64,000 nucleotides of DNA from Candidatus Pacearchaeota archaeon (GTDB lineage: Archaea; Nanobdellota; Nanobdellia; Pacearchaeales; GW2011-AR1): the NCBI GenBank assembly GCA_018303885.1, contig JAGVXG010000009.1, positions 27,611-91,610 on the forward strand, in the 5' to 3' direction. The notes below the pieces were generated by a model that worked only from the letters and a program-made list of their open reading frames with translations, was not told the origin of the DNA and did no database searches. Below are positions 9,924-19,381 of this stretch, piece after piece (position 1 is the first letter of the stretch; each line of letters opens with the position of its first letter). A program made the translations under genes and the position numbers.

Positions 9924-10640
9924 ATGAAAAGGGTTAAATGGGAACAACAAGTTAAAGAATGGGAAGAAAGTTTGAGATATTCGGACCCTGAAAAAATAGA
10001 GGTAAACACTTTACTAAATGAAATTGATTTTAAAAATAAAATTGTTTTAGATGTTGGGTGCGGTATAGGAAGATTAACAATTCCCATCTCAAAACATGCT
10101 AAAAAAGTTATTGGAATAGATTCTGAAAAGGAAACAATAGATTACTGTAACAAACACAAACAAAGAAAAAATATTAAATATATTCACAAAAATATCTTGA
10201 AATTTGGAGGTAAGGATTTTGATATAGCCATTTTAGCTCAACCAGTTTATGATAATTTCGATAAAATATTAGACTCTATTAAAAAAGCCCTAAAACAAAA
10301 TGGAAGACTCGCCATAATTAGGTGGATAGATAAAGGAAATCATTACAATGAATTATTAAGTCCGTTTTGGAGTAAAAATAAACCACTTACAAAAGATGTT
10401 GAAATTTTTTCAAAAAACTTTACAAGATATCTGAAAAAGAAGTTTATGACACAAAAAGTAGTATTAATTAACACTTATGATTCTTACCCAAATAAAGAGA
10501 TATTAGCTCAAAATATAATAAGAGATTCTCCAATAAAGTTTACAAATAAAGATAAAATTAAATTAGAGAATCTTATTAAAAAATATAATTATCATAAAAT
10601 CAAGATAGCTATGAAACTTTACATCTTAAAGAAAAAATAA
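9924..10640 (+). CDS. class I SAM-dependent methyltransferase
   Basis: Motif I VLDVGCGIGRLT, followed by VIGIDSE. 238 aa. Confidence 0.8.
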   Translation: MKRVKWEQQVKEWEESLRYSDPEKIEVNTLLNEIDFKNKIVLDVGCGIGRLTIPISKHAKKVIGIDSEKETIDYCNKHKQRKNIKYIHKNILKFGGKDFDIAILAQPVYDNFDKILDSIKKALKQNGRLAIIRWIDKGNHYNELLSPFWSKNKPLTKDVEIFSKNFTRYLKKKFMTQKVVLINTYDSYPNKEILAQNIIRDSPIKFTNKDKIKLENLIKKYNYHKIKIAMKLYILKKK

Positions 10641-10694
10641 TTTTGTAGTTTCGTAGAGGAAAAAGTTGGGGAGTTAATCCTTAGGATTAACTAA

Positions 10695-10718
10695 TCGTGG
10701 GGGCATTAATCATTAGGA
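10695..10718 (+). repeat. att-like direct repeat, copy 2 (partial tRNA-Arg 3' end)
   Basis: TCGTGGGGGCATTAATCATTAGGA matches 9764-9787 at 23 of 24 positions. Confidence 0.65.
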
Positions 10719-10764
10719 CATGTGCAAAGAGTAGTTTTTTATAGTTTCTTTTTTTATTCCTTTT

Positions 10765-11064
10765 ATGAAACAGCTATATAAAACGCTGCTTGTGACGAGC
10801 AGTGTTAGCTTGTTTATTATTATCGTTGCCGTGTTTGTACAGCTTAATGGAGCTAAGGTAATCGTGTTACAATGTAGTTATTTGGACCCATGGATTATTG
10901 ACGCGTTGGCATTTTTGGCCGCGGTTTTTTTAATTATAGAAGGCTATGCCCGTATTTTTGAGCATCCTACTGCCTCTCTTTCTCGTCAGTCAACGAGGAT
11001 CATTAGGGTTGCGTTTGGTTTTGCTATTTTAACGCTTCATATCATACAGGTGATGCATAAATAA
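10765..11064 (+). CDS. small integral membrane protein (99 aa, about 3 TM)
   Basis: Hydrophobic segments LLVTSSVSLFIIIVAVFV, ALAFLAAVFLIIEG and VAFGFAILTLHII. Confidence 0.5.
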   Translation: MKQLYKTLLVTSSVSLFIIIVAVFVQLNGAKVIVLQCSYLDPWIIDALAFLAAVFLIIEGYARIFEHPTASLSRQSTRIIRVAFGFAILTLHIIQVMHK

Positions 11065-11215
11065 TTTTTTCAGAAAATTGGAAAATACGGGAAATTTTTA
11101 ACGTCCGGAATAAGGCACAATATAAAAAGGCATAAATTTCACAAACACGCAAAAGAAAAATTGAAAAGGCGCAGAATTAAAAAACGCGCTAAAAAGAAAA
11201 TTAAAAAACAATAAA

Positions 11216-12058
11216 TCACTCAGATAATGTTCTAACTTCTCTTTGCGTTATACAGGAAAATCTTTTAACATAGAGCTTAATCATTTCTTCTGTCGCGTTT
11301 ACAAAGTCAATTGACATATCAAATGCGCCATCTATATCATTTAAAATTCCAAAATATGCTTGCGGACTTCTTCTTAAAGAAAGAGCTTTCTCATACTGCC
11401 TTGAATTGTATTCTGGAAATATTTCCATAAATGCCTGGAAAAATGCTCCGTTCTCAAATACAAGTTCTTTGCCAATCGTCTCTAAGATTTTTTTAGGTGT
11501 TGAAAAAAGGAGTGTTGTAGATGATAGAATATTTCTTTCAGCTTTTTCCTGATTTCTCCCCCTATCGAGAAAATGCGTAAGCAAACCATTCCTAACTTTT
11601 CTTAAATTAAATGCCGCAGATCTTAAGGAGTCTCTTGAATAATTCAGCCCACACATTTCTCTTACAAAATCTGGGCCAGCGTGAATCTCTGCCTTAATTT
11701 TTAAAAAGTCCGCATATGTGTCATCGTAGGCTAGAAATCTTCCATCTCGATTTGTTGCCCTATCCATCAAATTAAAACTTGCAGATATCCCCTCATCTAG
11801 TGGAGAAAGTCCAGCAACAAGTTCTGTTTCTGATAAAGATTCATTTAATATTTTCGCTAAACTAATTACCTCTTGTTTTGGTAAAATAAAATTTGAATTA
11901 AGTATTAATCCTCCATCAATATCGCTTCTTCCTGGAACAAAATCTTCTCTTATAAAAGAACCATAAATATAGAAACAAGTTGTGGGGTGCCTCATTGAGA
12001 TATTGTCTGAAAATCTTTGAATAAAATACTCATAATCTTCTAGGCTTGGAAATTTCAT
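11216..12058 (-). CDS. nucleotidyltransferase-domain protein (minimal NTase fold with helical C-terminal domain)
   Basis: GS-x10-DxD signature IYGSFIREDFVPGRSDIDGGLIL. The C-terminal helical region contains RNGLLTH (Rx5H, HEPN-like). The ATG overlaps the upstream stop (ATGA). Confidence 0.6.
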   Translation of the reverse strand: MKFPSLEDYEYFIQRFSDNISMRHPTTCFYIYGSFIREDFVPGRSDIDGGLILNSNFILPKQEVISLAKILNESLSETELVAGLSPLDEGISASFNLMDRATNRDGRFLAYDDTYADFLKIKAEIHAGPDFVREMCGLNYSRDSLRSAAFNLRKVRNGLLTHFLDRGRNQEKAERNILSSTTLLFSTPKKILETIGKELVFENGAFFQAFMEIFPEYNSRQYEKALSLRRSPQAYFGILNDIDGAFDMSIDFVNATEEMIKLYVKRFSCITQREVRTLSE

Positions 12059-12369
12059 TTTTTATAATCAGCTTTTTGCATTATTTCGTTAAATCTTGCT
12101 CTGTAATCTTCAATTTCATTAATCAAACGGAGAACAACGGCAGAATATCTATTGGAAAAATCCAAGCAAGACCAATTATGCCTATGGGCTTCATCACATG
12201 TAATGCTTACTGTTTCTGTAGTCCTTGGATCTAAATCAAAGGCTTGTTTTATTTCATGTAAAGCTTGGTCACTTAAAACTTTTCCATCTAAAAATTGTTC
12301 TTTCCATTTTCCAAAACGTTCATCTGTTATTTTTTCTATATCTAATTTCTTTCCAGTCATTTTTTTCAC
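12055..12369 (-). CDS. hypothetical protein (101-104 aa) coupled to radA
   Basis: ORF wedged between radA and the NTase gene. Either a GTG start overlaps the radA stop, or an ATG at 12360 lies 5 nt after it. No motif recognised. Confidence 0.5.
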   Translation of the reverse strand: MKKMTGKKLDIEKITDERFGKWKEQFLDGKVLSDQALHEIKQAFDLDPRTTETVSITCDEAHRHNWSCLDFSNRYSAVVLRLINEIEDYRARFNEIMQKADYKK

Positions 12370-14852
12370 TCTAACTCATCAACAACGCCGGCATCAGAAA
12401 CATTAAATACAATTTCATTTTCCGGTAAATTCGGCGAATCAATCAGTTTGGCTACACGGCTCCCTGCCTTACCTCGACGCAAATAGATACGGTATGTGGA
12501 ATTGTGAACTATAAATCCATTAGCAACATAATTTTCTCTTTCTGGGACAGAAAAATCATATAAAAATTCTTCATTATTTGGTTTAATGTTTATTTCTCTT
12601 ATTTTCTCAAATTTTATTTGACCATTTAACAGTTTTTCAATGAAGCCAATCTTTTGTTTAATTTGCCTATCTTTAATCTCAGTATTAATTAATTTTCTAA
12701 AGGCAAACTCGAGCTCTTTTTTGCTTACCCATTCATAGTTTTCTGGCCTTGCTTTTATTGCTTTTGTAAATCTAATTCCACAGAATTCAAGGAGCTCTCT
12801 CAATTCTTTTCTTCTAACGGGCATCATTTCATATGAATAAGTTTCCAGAACTTTTGCAACCTTTTCTATGAAAATCTTTTGTTTATCTTTTGCAGTAAAT
12901 CCAATTTGTATGTAATCTTTAATATCTTTATCAATAATCCTTAAAACATTCATTTTCTTTCTTCCGATGCCAAATTTAATGGTGCTTCTTACCCCTAATC
13001 TTAACAAAAAAAGCTGTAAATATATCAATATTTTTTCTTTTTTTTGGACCGCGCTTATGTAAGCTCTTCTCTTATTAATGTGACCTTCAGCATCAAAAAA
13101 GCCCCGAATAAAGGCGCTGACGACTTCGTTCTTGGACTTTCCTACATAATTGTAAATTTCTGGTAAAAGCAAAGCAAATAAATCGCTTATTTCTTTAGAA
13201 TTAATACTCAAATCATAGCAGTTTTTTTCATTAATTTTTGATATTTTTCCATATATGTTGAATGTCTGTTTAAATAAAGAGTTATAATGTTGCAGCACTT
13301 CTTCTCTTGCATCTCTAAATCTTAAACCACTTTTCTCTAAATTACCGTCTCCTATAAAATAACCGAACATTTGTGCAAAAGAAGGTGTAAAAAATTCAGG
13401 AACCATTAAATCTCTATGCTTATGGCTTATCACTGGAATTACCTGCAAAATCTGGTTTCCTGTGTAGGATTGAATATTGTCTAAAACCTCAATAGAAGTT
13501 GGCCACTCCTGATTCAGTACCCTTCTTAATTGTCTTTGGTTAATTCCAATCTTTTCGCATAACTTTTTTCTTGTAATTTTATTTTCTTCTAGTTTTTTCT
13601 TAATTGTTTCTGAGTCTTCTTTGCTTAATTTTCCAATTTTTCTGATTTTAAAATCGGGAATTCTTATTTCTTCTCCTTCAATATCTATTCTTCCTGTTTG
13701 AGCCACAAAACTCCCTACATGCAGGTTTTTGGCTTCTTTTTCAACAACTGAAAAGTTCTCAATGCTAAAGAATCTATGTAATCCCGAGCAGTTTATCTGT
13801 AAATTAGTTTTTATATTATAAATTTCTTTAACATTTGGATTGGTGAAAACTTTTTCAGAATCGTTCTTAGATGTATTCATTTCAAAAAAATCGGCTGAAA
13901 TGACTTTATCACTATTTATTTGGCTTATTTCTTTTATACTTCCATCTGACAATTGTATCAGACTGTCCCCTGTTAAACAGGCATGTCCAAGTATGTGCCC
14001 ACCAATTGGCGTAGTTGGATCTCCAAACATCTGAGCAGGATTAGCCATTACCTGATTAGTAACATACACTGCTAAATTGTATGTCTCTGCGATTTTCATT
14101 AATTGATGGATGTACCTATTTAGTTTCTGCTGTCTGTCTGCTAGTTGTCCGCGTCCGGAAAATTCTGCTCTAAAGTGTGCTGTCAGGGAATCAATAATAA
14201 GTAATTTTATTGGCTCTCCTGCTTTAATCATCTCTGCAATCTTGTCGAGAAGAAGAATTTGATGGTCGGAATTAAAGGCGCGAGCAACAAAAATATTTTT
14301 AAGAACTTTCTCCGGATTCAAGCCAAGTTTTTCTGCAATCTGTTTTATTCTTGAAGGCCTGAAAGTTCCTTCTGTGTCTATGAAGACGCATTTTCCATTC
14401 GCGCCTCCCATATCCAAAGGAAGCTGTGTGTTGACTGCCAAAGTCAATCCAACTTGTGTTTTACCGCTACCATATGCGCCGAAGGCTTCTGTAATAGACC
14501 TGCTTTCAACCCCCCTCCCACCAAGAAGACCATCGAGATTCTTGCTCCCTGTTTTTATATAAAGAATATTTTCTCTTCTTTTCGCATATTCTGTTCCATC
14601 AACAAAGCCAAGATCAAGCATTTTTCTTGCGGCCTGAATTGCTTTTCTGGCAACAGCAGGACTCACGCCAGCACTGTCTCCTAAGTCAGAAGGAGTCATG
14701 ACAGCAATAGTCATAAGATCGTAGATTCCAGCAGCCTCGAGCTTCGCAGAAACCGCAGGGCCTATTCCCGGCAAGTCAGTCAGCTTCAGCTCCTTTTTTA
14801 CATCATCAACAATATCAGAAATATCTTCTTCATCTTTTTTATCCTTCGTCAT
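12366..14852 (-). CDS. radA: DNA repair and recombination protein RadA, interrupted by an intein
   Basis: HhH N-domain [19 protein letters not shown], Walker [10 protein letters not shown], Walker [16 protein letters not shown] is followed by the intein, then [13 protein letters not shown]. Confidence 0.95.
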   Translation of the reverse strand: MTKDKKDEEDISDIVDDVKKELKLTDLPGIGPAVSAKLEAAGIYDLMTIAVMTPSDLGDSAGVSPAVARKAIQAARKMLDLGFVDGTEYAKRRENILYIKTGSKNLDGLLGGRGVESRSITEAFGAYGSGKTQVGLTLAVNTQLPLDMGGANGKCVFIDTEGTFRPSRIKQIAEKLGLNPEKVLKNIFVARAFNSDHQILLLDKIAEMIKAGEPIKLLIIDSLTAHFRAEFSGRGQLADRQQKLNRYIHQLMKIAETYNLAVYVTNQVMANPAQMFGDPTTPIGGHILGHACLTGDSLIQLSDGSIKEISQINSDKVISADFFEMNTSKNDSEKVFTNPNVKEIYNIKTNLQINCSGLHRFFSIENFSVVEKEAKNLHVGSFVAQTGRIDIEGEEIRIPDFKIRKIGKLSKEDSETIKKKLEENKITRKKLCEKIGINQRQLRRVLNQEWPTSIEVLDNIQSYTGNQILQVIPVISHKHRDLMVPEFFTPSFAQMFGYFIGDGNLEKSGLRFRDAREEVLQHYNSLFKQTFNIYGKISKINEKNCYDLSINSKEISDLFALLLPEIYNYVGKSKNEVVSAFIRGFFDAEGHINKRRAYISAVQKKEKILIYLQLFLLRLGVRSTIKFGIGRKKMNVLRIIDKDIKDYIQIGFTAKDKQKIFIEKVAKVLETYSYEMMPVRRKELRELLEFCGIRFTKAIKARPENYEWVSKKELEFAFRKLINTEIKDRQIKQKIGFIEKLLNGQIKFEKIREINIKPNNEEFLYDFSVPERENYVANGFIVHNSTYRIYLRRGKAGSRVAKLIDSPNLPENEIVFNVSDAGVVDELE
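12501..13979 (-). mobile_element. RadA intein (493 aa) with LAGLIDADG homing endonuclease domain
   Basis: Starts CLTGDSLIQ (Cys1, codon at 13979-13977) and ends FIVHN (Asn codon at 12503-12501), followed by Ser+1. LAGLIDADG motifs [10 protein letters not shown] and [11 protein letters not shown]. The exteins rejoin as [15 protein letters not shown], which is the canonical RadA sequence. Confidence 0.9.
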
Positions 14853-14927
14853 AAGGGCTCAAAATAAGGCTTCTTTATAAAAATTATTGGCTTTCAGATG
14901 TATCTTAGAAACATAGTTTTAAGTCTC

Positions 14928-15878
14928 TCAAGCCTTATTTTCCAGGCTAATTATCAATTCATCTAAATTAATATCTTTTATATCATTCACGATAAACTCG
15001 GGTGTGTTGAAAAACGCATTGTTACGGACATTTCCAGAGAAAATCATTTCTTTTCCAAGAATAGCCTCTTTTTGTCTTAAAAGAGCATCAGGGTCATTAA
15101 ATTCAGTAATTCCCAATTTATTGAGAACTTCGTGAAACAATACTGCACGAATTGATTCTGTGCCGTCGTCAAGAACAATGCTTGAAACAGCTCTTTTTTC
15201 GGGCATGACTTTTTCATGTTGCAAGCATACAAAGGTATCTCCTTCACTAGTGACTTTTTTTCCGCATTCAGGACAGACATTAAAAAATCTCGGCTCAAAC
15301 GCCTGGACTATGAAAGCCCTTGTAGAAACATTCTCGCCTTTCTTAAAATCAGATATATTCTTTTCTCGCAAGACTCTTTCTGTAACAACATTTTCAAAAG
15401 ACTCGCTGCTTGGCTTTATCTCTGAAAAATTTCCTAGATGGAGTTCGCTTTCCCTCATTGCCGCGTTTTTAATATCGACAACAGTTCCTTCTTTTATCTC
15501 GCCGGCTTCAATCAATTGGACATGATGGGTGTCCCACAAAACTACTTTGATATTTGAAGAATCATCCGCAATCCACATGTTTGCAACCTTACTCTCATCG
15601 CCGCGTTTTGTCTTGAAGCTTCTCACTGGAAAAAGGGTGATTACCTTGCCAACGACATTAACGCTTCTCATTCCGGGAAGAAGCTCGTCTATTTTCAATT
15701 TTTCATTTTCAAAAGAAACTCCGAGCTCGGCGGCAATAACTTGTGCTGCGCCTTCTCTGCTAATCAAACCAGAAAGCTTTGAACGCCTAGCTTCAACCAT
15801 GTTTTCAATCTCGCTTTTGTCTAAGCCAGATGCCTTCGCAATCTTTTCTAAAATCCTGTCATAGTTCCCAGTTGTCAT
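14928..15878 (-). CDS. rpa: replication protein A (RPA)-like ssDNA-binding protein
   Basis: Two OB-fold-like segments (VVGKVITLFPVRSF...VVLWD and FIVQAFEPRFF). Zinc-ribbon CPECGKKV...FVCLQH. Lies directly upstream of radA. Confidence 0.7.
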   Translation of the reverse strand: MTTGNYDRILEKIAKASGLDKSEIENMVEARRSKLSGLISREGAAQVIAAELGVSFENEKLKIDELLPGMRSVNVVGKVITLFPVRSFKTKRGDESKVANMWIADDSSNIKVVLWDTHHVQLIEAGEIKEGTVVDIKNAAMRESELHLGNFSEIKPSSESFENVVTERVLREKNISDFKKGENVSTRAFIVQAFEPRFFNVCPECGKKVTSEGDTFVCLQHEKVMPEKRAVSSIVLDDGTESIRAVLFHEVLNKLGITEFNDPDALLRQKEAILGKEMIFSGNVRNNAFFNTPEFIVNDIKDINLDELIISLENKA

Positions 15879-16071
15879 TTTTTATTATGATTTATTTATT
15901 AACTAATCTTAATTTAACATGTTATAGTTATGTTTACTAGTCAACCTTTTTTATATTAATTATTTAACCTAATTTCAAAAACTTCTTCATTTTTAAGCAT
16001 TTATCTTCTATATAGCATGGCTACAAAATAGAAACATAACATTTTATAAACCTCAATCCTTCTGTTAAAAC

Positions 16072-16344
16072 ATGAGTATCGTAGCGGTAAAAATAAAACT
16101 TATGCCGGCTTCTCCTGAAACAAATTTGAAGGAAGTTGAAGAAAATGTTGGAATGGTTTTGGGGAAAAACAATGTTAAAAATCCTCAATTTGAAATACAA
16201 CCCATTGCTTTTGGCTTAAAGGCATTAATCGTCATGTTTGGTTGGCCAGAAGAAAAAGAACTTGAAACTTTAGAAGAGGAATTAAAGGAAATCGATGGTA
16301 TTGGTTCTGTAGAGGTCGTTGATATGAGGAGAGCTATTGGTTAA
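16072..16344 (+). CDS. ef1b: elongation factor aEF-1 beta
   Basis: 90 aa. VKIKLMPASPETNL...IAFGLKALIVMF...VEVVDMRRA closely follows the archaeal EF-1beta pattern. Confidence 0.8.
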   Translation: MSIVAVKIKLMPASPETNLKEVEENVGMVLGKNNVKNPQFEIQPIAFGLKALIVMFGWPEEKELETLEEELKEIDGIGSVEVVDMRRAIG

Positions 16345-16438
16345 TTTGATTTCTTAATATTAAATGCGCTCGCTTCTTATTAATTTCTTATTTTTGGAAG
16401 CTCGCTGAATTGATGATTTTAGGTAAGAAAAGTAATGA

Positions 16439-16621
16439 TTAACGCGGATATTTTGGGTGTGAGAAGAGAAACACAAGCACCCCTAATACAATAAAACCTA
16501 ATGCTATCCAAGGTACTAAAAAAGGGTTTAGAAAAAAAAGAAGGTTGTAAGGAGAGAACGCCATCATAAGGATAATCGCAAAACCGATAAGAATTAAAAT
16601 GAATCCCAATAATTTACCCAT
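16439..16621 (-). CDS. small 2-TM membrane protein, paralog family member 1 (60 aa)
   Basis: MGKLLGFILILIGFAIIL... ending in PKYPR. Shares the N-terminal MG(K/R/I)..G.(I/L).(I/L/V)IG pattern and the promoter cassette with the 38.4-39.2 kb copies. Confidence 0.6.
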   Translation of the reverse strand: MGKLLGFILILIGFAIILMMAFSPYNLLFFLNPFLVPWIALGFIVLGVLVFLFSHPKYPR

Positions 16622-16630
16622 TCCTCAGTA

Positions 16631-16656
16631 AGAGAGAGAGAGTTTAAAAATATTTC
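16631..16656 (-). promoter_or_regulatory. conserved promoter cassette: GAAATATTTTTAAA(CT)6, TATA-like box about 20 nt from the ATG
   Basis: Plus strand reads (AG)6-TTTAAAAATATTTC. Near-identical copies at 38672-38698, 38909-38934 and 39191-39214. Confidence 0.6.
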
Positions 16657-16661
16657 GCCAA

Positions 16662-16853
16662 TTAACGATAAACGTAAGCAGGTCTTCTTCGCGTAATATA
16701 AAGGGATACCACACTAACAAAAAATATAAGCATCCCAATAGCAAAATATATTACAGGATTTTGATTAGTAGGAAGAAGTTCCGGATTGGTAAATGGAACA
16801 ATTGCAATTGTTGCGCCTATAAGAACAAAAAGAAATCCTAAAAACCTGCCCAT
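16662..16853 (-). CDS. small 2-TM membrane protein, paralog family member 2 (63 aa)
   Basis: MGRFLGFLFVLIGATIAIVPF... ending in PAYVYR. Same family pattern, but it lacks the (CT)n cassette. Confidence 0.55.
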   Translation of the reverse strand: MGRFLGFLFVLIGATIAIVPFTNPELLPTNQNPVIYFAIGMLIFFVSVVSLYITRRRPAYVYR

Positions 16854-16903
16854 TTAAAATTCAATTCATTAGAATTTAAAAAGTTATCTTTATTAAAAAT
16901 ATA

Positions 16904-17572
16904 ATGTTAACTGAAACACAAGTACGCGACATAAAAAAGCAAATAATCTCGCAGATAGAAGCCAGTTTTCCTGCCGATAAGAAGGATTTTGCCAGAAAAA
17001 GAATAGAGTCAATGAATTCTGAAGAATTTGAAGCTTTTCTTGTGAAAAACAATCTTGCAATGTCACAAACTGGTTCAAACCCGCAAACGACAAATCAAGG
17101 CGTTTCACAACAATGCATTTTCTGTTTAATTGTTTCTGGAGATATTGAATCTCATAAAATTGCAGAAAACGAATATGCAATTGTGGTTCTTGAAATAAAT
17201 CCTGTTTCTCGTGGCCATACATTAATTATTCCTAAAGAACACGCTTTAATTCAGGGAAAAGAAAAAGAAGGCAGCATTAAAAAACTGATGAAAAGCGTTT
17301 CTAGCATAATAAAGAAAAAACTCAAGCCAAAAAGAATTTTAGTATCTAAATCAAACTTATTCGGCCACGAAACAATAAATATAATACCTCAGTTTAATAA
17401 CGAAACCGCCAATTCTCCAAGGCACCAGGCAACACCTGAAGAACTTATTCAGCTAAAAGATCTTTTAACATTCTCAGAAAAAACAGCACGGAAAACGATA
17501 TTAAAAAAACAGCCAAAGAAAATAAAAATCAGGCCAGAAGAAAAAGTTTGGCTACCAAGAAGAATTCCTTGA
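16904..17572 (+). CDS. HIT-family protein with N-terminal extension
   Basis: CIFCLIVSGDIESHKI...NPVSRGHTLIIPKEH is HIT-fold N-terminal consensus. The histidine triad region is degenerate (LFGHETINIIPQ). Confidence 0.6.
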   Translation: MLTETQVRDIKKQIISQIEASFPADKKDFARKRIESMNSEEFEAFLVKNNLAMSQTGSNPQTTNQGVSQQCIFCLIVSGDIESHKIAENEYAIVVLEINPVSRGHTLIIPKEHALIQGKEKEGSIKKLMKSVSSIIKKKLKPKRILVSKSNLFGHETINIIPQFNNETANSPRHQATPEELIQLKDLLTFSEKTARKTILKKQPKKIKIRPEEKVWLPRRIP

Positions 17573-17774
17573 GTTTTCACTCGCCTCGCTATATTCTGCT
17601 CTTTAATAAAATTTCTAATGCAAATAATAGAGGATAATTCAATTTTATTCTAGCATTAACTTAAACTTTTTCAGGTTAAAGGTAGTTTTTGGGCGGGAGA
17701 GTGAAGAAAAGATTGTGAGATTAAATCAAATCTTACCCGAGCATTTTATAAATTTGATATTCTAATTTATCTTT

Positions 17775-18614
17775 ATGATTGAAATGATATTTTTGTTTTC
17801 TCTTGCGCTAATTTGGATAGTTTTTGCAGTTGTCCAAGATTTGAGAAAAAGAGAGGTAGCAAACTGGCTTAATTTTTCTCTTATTGTCTTTGCTCTTGGC
17901 TTCAGGTTTTTTTATTCATTATTCTCATTAAATGGCTTTGGGTTTTTTTATCAGGGTCTTCTTGGGCTGCTAATCTTCCTTTTATTGGGAAATTTGCTTT
18001 ACTATAGCAAGGTTTTTGCCGGCGGAGATGCTAAATTAATGATTGCTCTTGGAACTGTTTTGCCTTTTTCTCAAAGTTTCCTTACCAATCTTAAATTTTT
18101 CTCTGTTTTCTTTATTTTGTTTCTTTTTGTTGGTGCTGCATACAGCCTTGCCGGCAGCATGGTTCTTAGTCTAAGGAATTTCCAAAAATTTAAAAAAGAG
18201 TTTTCCAATCAAATAAAGAAAAATAAGAAATTTATTATTCCTGTTCTTCTTTCCGCAATAGTGCTTATGGCTCTCGGATTTTTAGAAATCCTTTTTTTGT
18301 TTATAGGTGTTTTAGTTTTTATTCTTCCTTATCTGTATGTTTATGCTAAAGCAGTCGATGAATCTTGCATGATAAAAAAAGTAAAAACTAGCGAGCTAAC
18401 AGAAGGAGATTGGCTTTACAAAAATGTTCGTGTTGGCCGAAATATCATAAAAGCGTCATGGGATGGGCTTAGAAAAGAAGACATCAGCCAATTAAAGAAA
18501 AAGCATAAATTTGTTTTAATAAGAATGGGTATTCCTTTCTCTCCTGCCTTTTTAATTAGCTTTCTGATTCTGGTTTATCTTTGGAAAACCAATTTGTGGG
18601 GTTTTTTGTTTTAG
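17775..18614 (+). CDS. A24-family class III signal peptidase (prepilin/preflagellin peptidase, PibD/FlaK-like)
   Basis: Polytopic membrane protein carrying both catalytic Asp motifs: VQDLRKREVANW and FAGGDAKLMIALG. Confidence 0.8.
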   Translation: MIEMIFLFSLALIWIVFAVVQDLRKREVANWLNFSLIVFALGFRFFYSLFSLNGFGFFYQGLLGLLIFLLLGNLLYYSKVFAGGDAKLMIALGTVLPFSQSFLTNLKFFSVFFILFLFVGAAYSLAGSMVLSLRNFQKFKKEFSNQIKKNKKFIIPVLLSAIVLMALGFLEILFLFIGVLVFILPYLYVYAKAVDESCMIKKVKTSELTEGDWLYKNVRVGRNIIKASWDGLRKEDISQLKKKHKFVLIRMGIPFSPAFLISFLILVYLWKTNLWGFLF

Positions 18615-18637
18615 GTTAAAAATATTTCTTTTCAAAA

Positions 18638-18973
18638 CTAAACCAATTTAACAAATTCGGATTTAACTTTTTCAAAAGTTTCTTTATTGATTCTTCCTAC
18701 TTTTTTATTAACAATATTTTGACTTATAGTAAAAAGTTTATCAACTTTTATCCTGCTCAGTCTAGGAACTCCACCTTCGACTAAGTTTTTATTATCAAAT
18801 AAAACAGAATGTTTTGAATCCTTTAAATTGGATGTTATACCACAAGTTATCACATCTTCAGAACTCTCATTATCTACATTTTTGGATAATATCAGGACAG
18901 GTCTTTGTTTTATGCTACTCAAATCAGAAAAAGGAAAAGGAACAACAACTATTTCGCCTTGTCTATACATCAT
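18638..18973 (-). CDS. mazF: MazF/PemK-family type II toxin
   Basis: GEIVVVPFPFSDLSSIKQRPVLILS is the PemK/MazF N-terminal signature. The likely start is at 18973 or 18970, overlapping the antitoxin stop (ATGATGTATAG). The ORF track extends to 19015. Confidence 0.75.
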   Translation of the reverse strand: MMYRQGEIVVVPFPFSDLSSIKQRPVLILSKNVDNESSEDVITCGITSNLKDSKHSVLFDNKNLVEGGVPRLSRIKVDKLFTISQNIVNKKVGRINKETFEKVKSEFVKLV

Positions 18974-19196
18974 TCCAAACCTCATCTTCTTTATTATCCC
19001 AAAGTTTCTTAGCAACCTTTTCAGAATGCTTTAATAAATAGCTAAAATCTTCCTTTTTTACTTTTTTTATAACAATCGCATCTTCGTTTTTTGTGATGAA
19101 AAGCTCGTCTCCGCGTTTAATCTTTAAAGAATCCCTTATTCCTACCGGTAAAGAAATTTGCCCTTTATCTGTTACTTTAATTATTTTAGTCTCCAT
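18963..19196 (-). CDS. mazE: AbrB/MazE/SpoVT-family antitoxin
   Basis: 77 aa. The swapped-hairpin motif KVTDKGQISLPVGIRDSLKIKRGDELF sits upstream of, and overlaps, the toxin gene. Confidence 0.75.
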   Translation of the reverse strand: METKIIKVTDKGQISLPVGIRDSLKIKRGDELFITKNEDAIVIKKVKKEDFSYLLKHSEKVAKKLWDNKEDEVWNDV

Positions 19197-19381
19197 AGAA
19201 AAGTAAGAATTTCCTTACTTATAAATTTTTCGCTGTTTCACTTCGTCCTTCTCTTTCCGCCATGCCTGTAAGGATGTTTTTTTCTTTCTTTTCTCTTATC
19301 CTTACCTTTGTTGCGTCTTCCAGGAAAAACATAATCTGACATGATTCAATTAAGAAAGCATTATTTAAAAAATTTAAGGGT

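Noticed and set aside
11065-11214. Lys/Arg-rich reading frame (…GKYGKFLTSGIRHNIKRHKFHKHAKEKLKRRRIKKRAKKKIKKQ*) resembling a tiny ribosomal protein
   Set aside because: There is no ATG or GTG start in frame; only a TTG exists, giving 17 aa. The frame continues directly from the stop of the upstream ORF. A-rich intergenic DNA yields poly-Lys by chance. Stop-codon readthrough cannot be supported from sequence alone.
16405-16416. CTGA-at-TGATGA arrangement resembling the D'/C' boxes of a C/D box sRNA
   Set aside because: I found no matching terminal C box (RUGAUGA) upstream or D box (CUGA) downstream at the required spacing of about 12 nt, so a complete C/D sRNA cannot be built.
17573-17774. Long-range complementarity TTCACTC...GAGTGAA (about 120 nt apart) in the intergenic region upstream of the peptidase gene, considered as a structured ncRNA
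   Set aside because: Only 7 bp of pairing are present, with no supporting internal helices or recognisable RNA-family motifs. This is insufficient evidence.
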